A stretch of DNA of 64,000 nt from Candidatus Dojkabacteria bacterium (GTDB lineage Bacteria; Patescibacteriota; Dojkabacteria; J137), in NCBI GenBank assembly GCA_030950485.1, contig JAUZRK010000005.1, forward strand, positions 4,449 through 68,448, read 5' to 3'. A program made the position numbers and the translations under genes. Shown in pieces: positions 41,501 to 51,525 of the stretch. A model generated the notes under the pieces. The model was given only the letters and a program-made list of their open reading frames with translations. It had not been told where the DNA came from and searched no databases. Position 1 is the first letter of the stretch; the number at the start of each line of letters is the position of its first letter.

Positions 41501-41609
41501 TTTTATTTTTCTCTATAGTCTGAGTTCTAGATTTATAAGAACTTTTTCTTTTTCGAGTTTTAAATTTTATATTATTTCTTGCCATACTTATATTTTGGTA
41601 AACATACAA
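38511..41609 (-). CDS. class A penicillin-binding protein with C-terminal Ig-like domains (probable start 41585)
   Basis: AEDREF, GASTITQQ, RKIKE; STAK, SRN, KTGT. Confidence 0.95.
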   Translation of the reverse strand: MYVYQNISMARNNIKFKTRKRKSSYKSRTQTIEKNKKKLKGISRSTGKNFFTNKKRKKIFKVLAKVGLVFLGFMFVAGVVGGVVLFRWIQDLSDELPSPDEPFKDVPVASKIYDRASFDNVHKGTELYKLFNEFNSDKIEIDGIPHTVRWAFLAAEDREFYDHDGVDVKGIFYCGYKNLSSGGSGCGASTITQQFLKITIFSDEQNKYERKIKEWIMASLIEDERSKDEILQMYLSVVPFGSNIVGLQTASEFYFGVDPKDLSLVQATILASIIQDPSYLSPTQPVDGDIVASQAAVKERQGYILDEIEDNLDYINDKYRENIDDKNADDIFTKDMVREARVETENIVYAPPIATDKLAGHFVDYVVEALLTNNYKNGEEPFTLPELQQGGYQIITTLDYKQQEIAEQYVAQAGDEYSYWNVNNAALMTIDPNNGQIITMAGSKSYSGESTGCNEYGLECKYDPQVNVLTSLNEPGSTAKVLGYTLAFEKGLLFGGSNIPDIPIEYPELFYYPKNWDSSYLGHELTVRTALRESRNITALEVVELVGIDNYYNQAVKMGYTTIDRAQIGPSVILGGASVKYTEHVAAFGAYANEGKYVPLNPILRILDADGNVIYDATVEEQEVFSPQAVYMINDVLYDLQSIAAQSGVFLASKTGTTENNTESTQLAWNSNQVTLAWAGNNNNDPLDQTYGYPYYVVQPWLSSYIRDISSQPYYEGKDPTFKLPALLVKAGGCNEDDCVGLQSDWMIQGKTPPSYITTEVAKVCKDQEDKLAREVDIETGNSIEKTFKKYKMPVERWQGYLDKYLKNKGISNGKPTEECNIERSNGISTPFFSFSTPREGQRIDNSLSIRGDVTLLSGLLDEVEFYLGDRYLGKVDENFQKINESYNINSLGITDGIYRVTAIATLSNGEEYTHSVSVVVGDVESQNIGFVTFPQSNLQFGSDIGNGIVKGISINYTGNGSISNVQLYQLVNSSTTELVGTMNPVVGGFELSWGGNIPNESKSYSFYVEATTSDGSRIRSAVSQQVAVSPN

Positions 41610-41635
41610 TTATATCAGAATGAGTTAATAAATTT

Positions 41636-42211
41636 TTATTTAGATTCTTTCTTTTTGTAAAAAATTAATGTATTTTTACCTATCTTTCTAGTATCTAAGA
41701 TAGCTAACTTTTCTAAGGTTCCATAATCATTTTTCCCAGTCTCAACTTTTAATATTAATATAGTTTTGGTATCCATTAATTCGGATAAAACGTCATATTT
41801 AATTCTATTTATGTTTTTAAATGGGGGATCAATAAATATTAAGTCAAATCTTTCTTTATTTTGAATAGAAGCATTTAAAAACGCATTGTAATCCAATTTG
41901 ATCACATTAAATCTCTCAACTTCTATTTCTAGCTTATTAATATTTTCTTTTATTACCTTTATTGCATCAGATGACTTATCAACGAATGTAACTTTTTTTG
42001 CACCGTTACTTAGGGCCTCAATACCTATAGATCCGCTCCCAGCAAATAGGTCTAAACATTCTAAATATGTAATATCTACTAAAATATCAAACATTGTTTT
42101 TTTGACCCTATCTGTTATAGGTCTAGTAATATCAACGGCAACATCTAAGCGAGTACCCTTAAATTCACCACTTATAATCCTAGGTTTTATTATTAAATCT
42201 TGCCTACTCAC
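41636..42211 (-). CDS. rsmD: 16S rRNA m2G966 methyltransferase
   Basis: TRPITDRVK, DLFAGSGSIGIEALS, IDPPF. Confidence 0.93.
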   Translation of the reverse strand: MSRQDLIIKPRIISGEFKGTRLDVAVDITRPITDRVKKTMFDILVDITYLECLDLFAGSGSIGIEALSNGAKKVTFVDKSSDAIKVIKENINKLEIEVERFNVIKLDYNAFLNASIQNKERFDLIFIDPPFKNINRIKYDVLSELMDTKTILILKVETGKNDYGTLEKLAILDTRKIGKNTLIFYKKKESK

Positions 42212-42659
42212 TTAGTCTAATATAATAAACAGAAATTCCTAAAGTAGTGGCAACATTTAATGAGTTCTTTTTACCATGCATTGGTAGCTCTAATGAGCAA
42301 TCTGATTTTTCAATAACTTCATTACTAACGCCAGTTATTTCATTACCAACTATAAATACAATTTTATCTCCAAACTCATGACCTTTAAAATTCTTAGAAT
42401 TATTCGTTTGTTCTATTGATATTATTTCAAAACCAGCTTCTTTATATTTATCAATTGAATCATTCAGTTTGTCTACATGTTCAAAATCTATATAATTTTC
42501 TGCACCGAGTGCTGTTTTTAAAACTTTTTGATGTGGAGGATAGGGAGTAATTCCAGATAGATATATCTTTTTTACATTAGCTCCATCACATGTTCTAAAT
42601 ATAGCTCCTACGTTTAAAGCAGATCTAACATTATCTAACATTATGATTATCTCTTTCAT
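42204..42659 (-). CDS. TrmH/SpoU family RNA methyltransferase
   Basis: RSALNVGAIFRT, GNEITG, SLNVAT. Confidence 0.92.
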   Translation of the reverse strand: MKEIIIMLDNVRSALNVGAIFRTCDGANVKKIYLSGITPYPPHQKVLKTALGAENYIDFEHVDKLNDSIDKYKEAGFEIISIEQTNNSKNFKGHEFGDKIVFIVGNEITGVSNEVIEKSDCSLELPMHGKKNSLNVATTLGISVYYIRLSE

Positions 42660-42663
42660 ACTA

Positions 42664-44673
42664 TTATTTAAATAAATTTATTCTTTTAATTTTCTTTTTA
42701 TAAAGAATAGATGCAAATGATTTAGTCTTTTTAATTAATTCTATATCATTTAGCTTAGCTATCTTTAAATCTGGAATTCCAGATTGTTTAGTACCGTATA
42801 CTTCACCAGGACCTCTTTTTTCTAAATCAAAATTTGCAACATCTAAACCATCATTATTATTTGCAATAAAACTCAATCTTTCTAATGAATGTTCATTTAT
42901 ATTACTATCTGCAAAAAGAAAACAATAACTCTGGGTATCATTTCTACCAACCCTACCTCTTATCTGATGAAGTTGAGCTAATCCAAATCTTTCTGCATTT
43001 TCGATAATCATTATTGTAGCATTAGCCACATCAATACCTACCTCTATGACTGATGTTGAAACTAGAATATCATATTTCTTATCCGCATAATCATTCATAA
43101 TAGCTTCTTTCTCGATATCCTTCATTTTCCCATATAATAAACCAATACTTAGATCTGGATACATATCTACAAGTTGCTCATAAAGAGCTTTAGCAGACTT
43201 TACTTGTAAAGACGCAGAATCTTCAATTAAGGGACAAATCCAATAAACCTGAACTCCCTCTGATTTAATTTTTTCTTCAACCCACTTATAGGAATCATTT
43301 CTTTTTGATTCAGGTACTACAAAAGTCTTTATTGGCATTCGTCCTTTTGGTTTAGTTTTAATTGTGTGCAATTTTATATCACTAAAAAAAGTTTCAGCAA
43401 TAGTTCTTGGAATTGGGGTAGCAGTCATATTTATAAAGTGGGGATACCTATTATCTTCAATTTGTTCATCAATAGCACTTAACAATTCACTTCTTTGATG
43501 TACTCCAAATCTATGCTGTTCATCTACAATAACCGCACCTAGTTTATTAAAAACTCTTTTCTTTCTAGATAAAAGAGCAGTAGTACCAATTATAATATTT
43601 GATTCATTACTATGCTTTGTATTAGATGAAGTTACTAAACTTACCTCTATATTAGTGTATTCTTTAAATATATTAGAAAGGTTTTCATAATGTTGTGCAG
43701 CTAGAATTGTAGTTGGTGCTAATATAGCTGTTTGATATCCTGATTTTGCAACAATGAAAGCAATGAACATAGCAATTAAAGTCTTACCACTTCCAACGTC
43801 TCCTTGAACCAAGTCATTCAGTAAGACTCCATCTTTCAAAGATTTAAATATATTTTTTATTATTTCGGTTTGATCTTTAGTTGGAGTAAAAGGAAATAGA
43901 GACATGAATTCATTTAAATATGATTCATCTAATTTCAATTCTACAGGCATTCTAATATTACTGCTTTTATTATTTAATATCCTAAGGTGTATGTCTGTAA
44001 GTTCTAAAGCTGATAGTGTTTTCACAGATTCATCAAGCTCATTAAATCCAACAGGAAAATGGAGTTTATGAATCAAGCTTACAAGATCTATATTCGAATA
44101 TTCTTCAGATACAAGTTCAAGTTCATTTATAATCTCGAAAGAATAATTATCAAACAATTCTTTCACTCTATTACGAAGCCATTTCTTTGAAACACCTGCT
44201 GTAAGTCTGTACTCAGGAGCTATTCTTGCTAAATGAGTACTTTCTGAATCACCTTTAATTTCCTCAAAGTCCCTAACATTTAACTGAAACTTTCTGCCTA
44301 TTAGCTTTATTTTTCCTGTTATATAAAATTCCTTACCTGGTTTTAAGATATTTTCTAAAAAGTCCTGGTTAAACCAACTACATTCAATTTCACCAGTTTC
44401 ATCAAAAGCAGTAGCTTTTTGTAAAGATCTATTGCCTTTAATTCTAATATTTTTAAAATTACTTATAATTAATCTGAAGGTATATTGTTCTTCTAAATTT
44501 AGAAATGCTGATACGTCATTTACTTTAGAAATATCACTAGTATCTGTATATGAACGTGGAAAGTATGTTAATATATCTTTAACTGTAAAGATGCCTAATT
44601 TATAGAGCTTTTTTCTATAGGCATCACTTATGTATTTAAGCCTAGTTACTTCATCCTCAAGATTTATCTCCAC
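42664..44673 (-). CDS. recG: ATP-dependent DNA helicase RecG
   Basis: QGDVGSGKT, DEQHRFG, TATPIPRT, QLHQIRGRVGR, RGPGE. Confidence 0.97.
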   Translation of the reverse strand: MEINLEDEVTRLKYISDAYRKKLYKLGIFTVKDILTYFPRSYTDTSDISKVNDVSAFLNLEEQYTFRLIISNFKNIRIKGNRSLQKATAFDETGEIECSWFNQDFLENILKPGKEFYITGKIKLIGRKFQLNVRDFEEIKGDSESTHLARIAPEYRLTAGVSKKWLRNRVKELFDNYSFEIINELELVSEEYSNIDLVSLIHKLHFPVGFNELDESVKTLSALELTDIHLRILNNKSSNIRMPVELKLDESYLNEFMSLFPFTPTKDQTEIIKNIFKSLKDGVLLNDLVQGDVGSGKTLIAMFIAFIVAKSGYQTAILAPTTILAAQHYENLSNIFKEYTNIEVSLVTSSNTKHSNESNIIIGTTALLSRKKRVFNKLGAVIVDEQHRFGVHQRSELLSAIDEQIEDNRYPHFINMTATPIPRTIAETFFSDIKLHTIKTKPKGRMPIKTFVVPESKRNDSYKWVEEKIKSEGVQVYWICPLIEDSASLQVKSAKALYEQLVDMYPDLSIGLLYGKMKDIEKEAIMNDYADKKYDILVSTSVIEVGIDVANATIMIIENAERFGLAQLHQIRGRVGRNDTQSYCFLFADSNINEHSLERLSFIANNNDGLDVANFDLEKRGPGEVYGTKQSGIPDLKIAKLNDIELIKKTKSFASILYKKKIKRINLFK

Positions 44674-44676
44674 GAT

Positions 44677-44799
44677 TTAGTTTGTTGATAATAACAAGAG
44701 TAAAGGAGAAACTAGTAAACTAAGAGCCATCAAGGCGCTTAATACCAGAATAACTGTCCTTTTAAACTTTTTCTTTGTTAGAATTTTTATATATTTCAT
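44677..44799 (-). CDS. 40-aa single-TM mini-protein (not in ORF track)
   Basis: MKYIKILTKKKFKRTVILVLSALMALSLLVSPLLLLLSTN; stop 3 nt before the recG start. Confidence 0.5.
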   Translation of the reverse strand: MKYIKILTKKKFKRTVILVLSALMALSLLVSPLLLLLSTN

Positions 44800-44862
44800 A
44801 AGAAAATAATATCATATTGTCATTGATTGATGAAGAGGACGTAAATTTACATTTTAGATATG

Positions 44863-46476
44863 TTAGCTACAATCACCCCAAGCAACTACTATAAATTCAT
44901 CATCTTCATATTTCTTGCATATTTCTTTACCAGATAGACTATCGATACTCTTAAGATCATGTAAATCAAAGACTTTTTCTACAATAAAGTAACCTTTTGT
45001 GTGTCTTTCTACTGCATAAATATTATTTAAACTTAGCTCATTAACTTCAAAGTAAAAATAATACATATTATTATTATTAAACTGTACGAATTTACCAAAT
45101 TCTTCATCCTGAGAATAAAGCCATAAGATTATATGTTCATTCGGAGTTATTATAGCTGTATCCTGATCAATTGTTATTGGTAGATCTAGTAGAACAGTAT
45201 AATCTTTCAACAGAGCAGTATGGTATTTTTTCTGTCTAGTCACATTCTCTCTTATATTAAGGTCACCAACAAAATAAAAACCACCAAAAATTAAAATTAT
45301 GAAACAGCTGTAGAATAAAGAATAGATTAAATTATAGGCTTTGGTACTCTTAATAAATTTATACAACCATAACCTAATTATACTAAATAGCTCATTTAAA
45401 CCTATTGCTATTAGTAATATGATCCAAGGGATGATGTATATATAATATCTTTCTTCAAAGTATCTATTAAAATATAGACCATAAAATACAATGTAGGCTA
45501 TAAAAACAAAGAGTATAGACTTGATCTCTATAGACTTAGATCTTATTGAGGTTAATATCCCTATTAATACTAAAACTAAGAAAGAAAAAGTTATGAAAAA
45601 TCTCAATTCTTCCTGAATATAATTAGCAAAGATTGGTGATCCAGAAAATATATATTCAAAAAATCTTTTATTAAAGTGCGGCAAAACTGTCATACTATCT
45701 TTACCTATGAAGTTTAATCCAAAACCCATTACCGAGAATGGTATATTAATAAGCAGAAAAGAAAGTAAAAATTTTATGTAGTTATTAACATCTTTATATT
45801 TAAAAATAATGATACTTATAAAATATCCTATATAGATTACTGAAATATTCGGAAAAGTGCTGTTAAAATCAAAAAGGAAATACACTATAGGTATAAGTGT
45901 TAAAGCTATAAGCTTATTAGATACTTTTAGTTTACTAAAATTAATTGGAGTTTCAATATCAAGTTGTCTTATAAAATATAAAGACCACACAGTATTAAAT
46001 AAGAGAAAGAATGAATATTCTCTAATATAACTCCCCATTGCTATTGCTAGCGGAGAAAATAACCAAGCTACCGCTGCAGTAATTGCTGTGGCTGTATTAT
46101 ACTTTTTTAAGTAAAAGAACAATGCTATTGAAACAAAAGAGCTTACAATTGCTGTTGGCAAAATGATCCATGGTTCAAAATTCCCAAAAATATAGCCTGT
46201 TATTATTGTTGTTATAGTAACTATTGGGCCCCTTGTATATGGCTGATTATACCCGTCTCTAAATAAAGCTCCCTTCTGTCCATCTAGAACAGATTGAGCT
46301 TCTGCAATGTGGTAATACTCGTCAAATTGCATACTTTTAAAATCTACAACAATCATTCTCAGTGCTAACCCTGCAAAAAATATTGCAGTCAATAAAACAA
46401 ATAGTTTTAATTTTCCGTTCATTTTATTTATATTTAATTTATACCTTGTTATACTTTCATTATGAAAAATATACAA
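44863..46476 (-). CDS. GT-C fold (PMT/ArnT-like) glycosyltransferase (probable start 46422)
   Basis: QFDEYY, SP......IREYS, RYY; multi-TM. Confidence 0.85.
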   Translation of the reverse strand: MYIFHNESITRYKLNINKMNGKLKLFVLLTAIFFAGLALRMIVVDFKSMQFDEYYHIAEAQSVLDGQKGALFRDGYNQPYTRGPIVTITTIITGYIFGNFEPWIILPTAIVSSFVSIALFFYLKKYNTATAITAAVAWLFSPLAIAMGSYIREYSFFLLFNTVWSLYFIRQLDIETPINFSKLKVSNKLIALTLIPIVYFLFDFNSTFPNISVIYIGYFISIIIFKYKDVNNYIKFLLSFLLINIPFSVMGFGLNFIGKDSMTVLPHFNKRFFEYIFSGSPIFANYIQEELRFFITFSFLVLVLIGILTSIRSKSIEIKSILFVFIAYIVFYGLYFNRYFEERYYIYIIPWIILLIAIGLNELFSIIRLWLYKFIKSTKAYNLIYSLFYSCFIILIFGGFYFVGDLNIRENVTRQKKYHTALLKDYTVLLDLPITIDQDTAIITPNEHIILWLYSQDEEFGKFVQFNNNNMYYFYFEVNELSLNNIYAVERHTKGYFIVEKVFDLHDLKSIDSLSGKEICKKYEDDEFIVVAWGDCS

Positions 46477-47415
46477 ATATCAGTAGTAGCTCCAATTTTT
46501 AACGAAAGTAAAAATATAAATGAGCTCCATAAAAGATTAACTGACACATTAGATTCTACAAAAAAAAGCTTTGAAATTATATACGTAGAAAATAGATCCT
46601 CAGATAATAGCCTAGAAGTATTAAAGAAACTAAAAGGAGCGAGAATTCTATCGCTTAGATTACCAGAGTTTAAATATAGAACAACTCAGTCTATAGCATT
46701 AGATGCAGGAATTAAAGCCGCAAAAGGAGAGCTTATTGTTACAATTGATTCTGATCTTCAGAATCCTCCAGAAGAAATTCCAAAACTATTAAAGAAGATG
46801 GAAGATGATGATTTAGATGTTGTATCTGGTTGGAGAAAAAAAAGAAAGGACAGTTTTATAATAAGAAATTTATCAAAGCTTGGAAGTATTTTAAGAAAGA
46901 AAGTTATAAACCCAGGAGTACATGATTTAGGCTGTACATTAAAGATTTACAAGCGAGAGACATTGGAAGGAATAGATTTATACGGAGAAATGCATAGATA
47001 TTTAACAGCTTTAATAAGATGGAAAGGATTCAAAGTAGGAGAGCTTGTAATTGAACATAATGCAAGAACAGGAGGAACAAGTGCTTATAAATGGGATAAG
47101 ATGTTTAGAGGCTTTGTAGACATGTGGTTAATTTGGTTTTGGAAAAAATATGATGATAGACCACTTCACTTATTTGGAGTATTAGGCCTAGTATTAGCGC
47201 TTTTGGGTAGTTCAATGTTAGTACTTCTAGCGTTCTTAAGAATATTTGGAATTATCTCGCTTTCAGATTCTATATGGCCACTGATATCTGTATTGGCAAT
47301 AATTACAGGTACTCAGTTCTTCATATTCGGGATTATGTTAGATATAATTATTAAGAATTACTATTCAACAAGCAAAGAGAAGATTTATACTATAAAAGAA
47401 GACATTAGTGTTTAG
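46462..47415 (+). CDS. GT2 polyprenol-phosphate glycosyltransferase (GtrB/ArnC-like)
   Basis: PIFNE, DSDLQNPP, SGWR, two C-terminal TMs. Confidence 0.93.
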   Translation: MKNIQISVVAPIFNESKNINELHKRLTDTLDSTKKSFEIIYVENRSSDNSLEVLKKLKGARILSLRLPEFKYRTTQSIALDAGIKAAKGELIVTIDSDLQNPPEEIPKLLKKMEDDDLDVVSGWRKKRKDSFIIRNLSKLGSILRKKVINPGVHDLGCTLKIYKRETLEGIDLYGEMHRYLTALIRWKGFKVGELVIEHNARTGGTSAYKWDKMFRGFVDMWLIWFWKKYDDRPLHLFGVLGLVLALLGSSMLVLLAFLRIFGIISLSDSIWPLISVLAIITGTQFFIFGIMLDIIIKNYYSTSKEKIYTIKEDISV

Positions 47416-47418
47416 ACT

Positions 47419-48570
47419 ATGAGGATTATCTTTTACAGCTATGAATACCCACCACTTGGAGGAGGAGTAGGAAATGCTACAAAAAAAATATTTACAGAAT
47501 TTTCAAAACTAGATAATTTAAAGATAGATTTTATTACTTCTTCTATAAGTGGAAAATATGAAGAAGAAAAAGTATATAAGAACATTACATTCTACAAGCT
47601 TCCCCTAGGTAAAAGAACAAAAGAAAATTATCACAAACAAAAGCCGCTCAATATGATTCTATTTTCTTGGAAAGCATATTGGAAAACGTGGAGTCTGATT
47701 TTAAAAAATAAATATTGTTTGACTCATTTTTTCGGCTTTCCTGGAGGATTGGTTTCATTACTATTTATATGGAAAATGCCATATATGGTTTCATTAAGAG
47801 GGGTAGATGTGCCTGGATATAATCCTAGATTTAAATATTTTTACATTTTCTACAAGCCTTTAAGCTGGGTTATTTGGAAATTAGCTAAATATGTAGTCCC
47901 TAATAGTAAAGGGCTACAAAAACTAGCCTACAAGACCTCAAAAACAGTAAATTACAAAGTTATTTACAATGGAATTGATACTGAACAATTTAAACCTGTT
48001 GAAGAAGACAAAAAATTCCCTGTATTTACTGTTACTCAGGGAGGTACATTGTTTGGAAGGAAAAAGGGTTTAGAATACTTAATACAAGGATTTGCATACT
48101 TCACAAAAAAGTATTCAAATACAAAATTACTAATGATTGCTAGTGGAGATCTTGAGATAGAGTATAAACAATTAGTAAAAGATTTAAACATTGAAGATAA
48201 AGTAGAGTTTGTTGGTTTTAAAGAAAATAATTGGATTGCTGAAAATCTTCCTAAATGTCATGTATTCTGCCTTCCTTCACTTAATGAAGGTATGTCCAAT
48301 GCAGCTTTAGAGGCTCTTGCTTCTGGGCTTCCTCTTATACTTACAGATACAGGTGGGACTGAGGAATTACTAAAATATAAAAATGGACTAGTGGTAGATA
48401 AAAAAAATCCCAAATCAATTTCAAATGCTCTTGAGAAAATATATTTAGATAAAGAACTTAGACTCAAGATGAATGAGCAAAGCAGAAGACGAGCTAATGA
48501 GATGAGCTGGAAGGCAGTTGCTGAGGAATACTTGAATCTTTATCAGTCCATAGCTTATCCCTCTCAGTAG
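47419..48570 (+). CDS. GT4 glycosyltransferase
   Basis: EYPPLGGG, NGID, KGLEYLI, EGMSNAALEA. Confidence 0.93.
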   Translation: MRIIFYSYEYPPLGGGVGNATKKIFTEFSKLDNLKIDFITSSISGKYEEEKVYKNITFYKLPLGKRTKENYHKQKPLNMILFSWKAYWKTWSLILKNKYCLTHFFGFPGGLVSLLFIWKMPYMVSLRGVDVPGYNPRFKYFYIFYKPLSWVIWKLAKYVVPNSKGLQKLAYKTSKTVNYKVIYNGIDTEQFKPVEEDKKFPVFTVTQGGTLFGRKKGLEYLIQGFAYFTKKYSNTKLLMIASGDLEIEYKQLVKDLNIEDKVEFVGFKENNWIAENLPKCHVFCLPSLNEGMSNAALEALASGLPLILTDTGGTEELLKYKNGLVVDKKNPKSISNALEKIYLDKELRLKMNEQSRRRANEMSWKAVAEEYLNLYQSIAYPSQ

Positions 48571-49456
48571 TTAGATATACAATTCCTCCTATTGCTCCAT
48601 TTATAGCATTAGCAAAAAAATTAGTAGGTCCAAGTAAATATAAATTACTTGATTTTGTAGCACCTTCAAATAAATTTACATATAAGTAATCTCTAATGCC
48701 TAAGCCATTGAAACTAAGAGGTATTATTAAGAATAGATTAGTTATAGGAATAATTGCTAAGAAATACAGTAATGAAATATCTAATCCTATCGATTTTGCC
48801 AGAAAGAAATTAAATAGTATTACATTAATCTGTAGTACTAGTGCCCATAAGAGAGAATTAAAATAAGCTAATTTAGATATGTTAGCTACATAATCATGAA
48901 CCTCATTTATTTTTTTCACTCTTTTATACTTATTAATTATTCCAAGCACCTTGTCAGTAGTAACAGATATCCAAATCCCGATAGTAAAACAAATAAAAAA
49001 TCCTAGATATAAATATATGTAGTTAGGAAATTTAACATTCTCTAGCAGAGCAATTAAAATCATTCCTAAAAGACCATAAACTAATAAGACACTTAGTCCT
49101 AAGAATCTATCTATAAATATAATTGCAGATGCTTCAGAGTAGTTTTTAAGCTTTGGTCTTATAAATCTTGCACGAAATACATCCCCGCCAAAATTAGTAG
49201 GTAGAAAGATTGAAAAAAAACTTCCAATCAAATTTACTTTTATCAGACTAATTAGAGATGTGTCCTTCCCTAATAATGATCTAAGTCTTAATGCAGCAAA
49301 GAAATTGTTAGAAATTGTAATTAAAAGTGCCAATAAAAAGAAAAATAAGCTTTCAAAAGTAAGCTCTATTTTAATTTCTTTATAATCTATTTCTGAAAAG
49401 ATATAACCTAGAAGAGCAAAGCTAAACAAGATTTTAAAAATTATTTTTCTATTCAT
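48494..49456 (-). CDS. flippase-like protein (LPG synthase TM / UPF0104)
   Basis: FLPTNFGGDVFR, DRFLG, PLSFNGLGIRD. Confidence 0.88.
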   Translation of the reverse strand: MNRKIIFKILFSFALLGYIFSEIDYKEIKIELTFESLFFFLLALLITISNNFFAALRLRSLLGKDTSLISLIKVNLIGSFFSIFLPTNFGGDVFRARFIRPKLKNYSEASAIIFIDRFLGLSVLLVYGLLGMILIALLENVKFPNYIYLYLGFFICFTIGIWISVTTDKVLGIINKYKRVKKINEVHDYVANISKLAYFNSLLWALVLQINVILFNFFLAKSIGLDISLLYFLAIIPITNLFLIIPLSFNGLGIRDYLYVNLFEGATKSSNLYLLGPTNFFANAINGAIGGIVYLTTERDKLWTDKDSSIPQQLPSSSSH

Positions 49457-49515
49457 ATTCCAATTATAACTTCTTTTATTTTATTTTGTTATTATAACTA
49501 GATACTACAATTTTA

Positions 49516-51102
49516 TTGAAAAGAGCAGTTATGAAATTTATAAATCTAAAGTTACTATTACTTATAATAATTATTGCAATAGCTTCATTTACTTACAGCA
49601 GAAACTTAAGTAAAGAAAACTTTCAGCAAGATGAATATCAGGTAATTGAAGCTGCAGAAGGAATGAGAAAAGCTGGCAATTTTTATAAATGGGACTTCAG
49701 GTTAAATAAATCAGGAGAGTTTACAGATTGTATAAATTCAGACCCTCATTGTAATTATAATCGAGCAATTCCACATACACTTTTAGTAACCTCTTCTTTT
49801 ATTTTACATGGAGGAGTAAGTGAATCATCAGCAAGAATGCCCTCGGTGATTTTAGGAGTATCTTTTAGCTTGATATCTTTCTATTTTATATATAACTTAT
49901 ATAAAATATATATAAAATATAGTCAAAGTTTCATACTAACATCAAGCGCCATAGGCTCGCTACTACTTATTTTAAGCCCTATTCATAAAGACATATTCGG
50001 TACTACAAGAATGTATGCCTTAGTGTTACCACTTTTCTTACTACAAGTTTTGTTTTTTATAAAATTTACTGGGATAGATAAGAACAAAAAGAATAGGAAT
50101 TTTAGCAAAAAGTATTTTTTAGTTTTTCTACTTCTGTCTATGCTTAATTTGATTACGCATATAAATTCAGGTCTCATTGCTATAGGTATATATACTTTTG
50201 CACTATCTAAAATAAAATTCAAAGAAAATGATAAAAATTTAAACTTATTTTATAGAGCAGTCAGCATTATCGGTTCAATTGGCATAATAATGATCATTAT
50301 CTTTAAGTTAATTGGTTTTGATCTAGATCTATTAGACCAAATTACATTATTAAAACAGCCAAACTGGCAGTATCTTTATTATTTTGTTGAATATCCATTT
50401 GAAAATATTTTTATACAAACTCTTACAGGAATTTGTTTGATAATTATTATCCTAATAAATCTACTTACAGGGCTGAATTTAAATATAATTAAGAAAATAG
50501 ATAAACTAACCAATGGAACGACTTTTTTTATAACTAATGTAGTGATCACGGCGACAATATTTTTAATATTTTTCGCTAACCGATATTCAACATACTTCTA
50601 TATATCATTTGTAATTCCTCTAGGATTTATACTCATATATGATTTTTTCTATAGAATTTTTTCTATTTTAATAAGAAGGAGTAGTATTAATACTATTATT
50701 TTAACAATAATTTTAATAATTATATTAGTTGCCCAATTTGCAGCAACAATAAACTATTCTAGAAAGTATCAAGCATTTATTCTTGCAGATTATAATTTTA
50801 CATACAATTTCGCTATTGAAGCTTTAGGGAAAGACTTAGATAAAAGTGCTTTATTAATACAACTTCCTAGAAAGTTTTATTTAGAAAGTGCATCTCAAAT
50901 TGAATTAGTTGATATTGGTAAAGAAGGATCTTTTACAATTAACGACTTCACTGAAATTCAATCTAAATACCCAAAAGGTTTTATCATATGGGCAAATGAG
51001 AAGGAAGAAGAACATATTAATACTGAACTAAAAGAGTATTTATACAATAATTACTTAAGAGTAGATTTAAAAGATTCAGGTATGACAATTTACAAATTCT
51101 AG
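49516..51102 (+). CDS. GT-C fold (PMT/ArnT-like) glycosyltransferase
   Basis: QQDEYQ, SARMPS, RMYA; multi-TM. Confidence 0.85.
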   Translation: MKRAVMKFINLKLLLLIIIIAIASFTYSRNLSKENFQQDEYQVIEAAEGMRKAGNFYKWDFRLNKSGEFTDCINSDPHCNYNRAIPHTLLVTSSFILHGGVSESSARMPSVILGVSFSLISFYFIYNLYKIYIKYSQSFILTSSAIGSLLLILSPIHKDIFGTTRMYALVLPLFLLQVLFFIKFTGIDKNKKNRNFSKKYFLVFLLLSMLNLITHINSGLIAIGIYTFALSKIKFKENDKNLNLFYRAVSIIGSIGIIMIIIFKLIGFDLDLLDQITLLKQPNWQYLYYFVEYPFENIFIQTLTGICLIIIILINLLTGLNLNIIKKIDKLTNGTTFFITNVVITATIFLIFFANRYSTYFYISFVIPLGFILIYDFFYRIFSILIRRSSINTIILTIILIIILVAQFAATINYSRKYQAFILADYNFTYNFAIEALGKDLDKSALLIQLPRKFYLESASQIELVDIGKEGSFTINDFTEIQSKYPKGFIIWANEKEEEHINTELKEYLYNNYLRVDLKDSGMTIYKF

Positions 51103-51165
51103 AAAATATATAAATTTAGTGAAAATATTATTTTTTTTGTTATAATACTGGAGCACATTATAAAA

Positions 51166-51250
51166 GGAGAGTTGACAGAGTGGTCGAATGTGCCTGTCTT
51201 GAAAACAGGTGAGTCGCAAGGCTCCGGGGGTTCGAATCCCTCACTCTCCG
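51166..51250 (+). tRNA. tRNA-Ser(TGA), CCA not encoded
   Basis: GGAGAGT/ACTCTCC-G, anticodon arm CCTGT-CTTGAAA-ACAGG, long variable arm. Confidence 0.96.
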
Positions 51251-51292
51251 TTTTTTTCTAATTCAATAAACTAAATTGTTAAATCTTGAGAA

Positions 51293-51517
51293 ATGGCAGC
51301 AACAATGAAACATAGAAGATCATCTAGAAGACGAAAGACTACTAGAGGAGCTGACAGATATGATGCAGTACTTACAAAGTTTAAAAAGATAAAAAAATTT
51401 GGAGGATCTCCAGTTATTAAGCTTAGAAAAGGTGTCAAAGCAACACTATCACATAGAGTTACAAAAGAAAATCCTACTTACAAAGGAGTAAAAGTAATAA
51501 CTTCTAAAGAAGACTAA
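51293..51517 (+). CDS. rpmF: 50S ribosomal protein L32, Cys-free variant
   Basis: K.RRS..R..TR, SHRV....YKG; upstream of nusB-rnc. Confidence 0.75.
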   Translation: MAATMKHRRSSRRRKTTRGADRYDAVLTKFKKIKKFGGSPVIKLRKGVKATLSHRVTKENPTYKGVKVITSKED

Positions 51518-51525
51518 TAAATACA

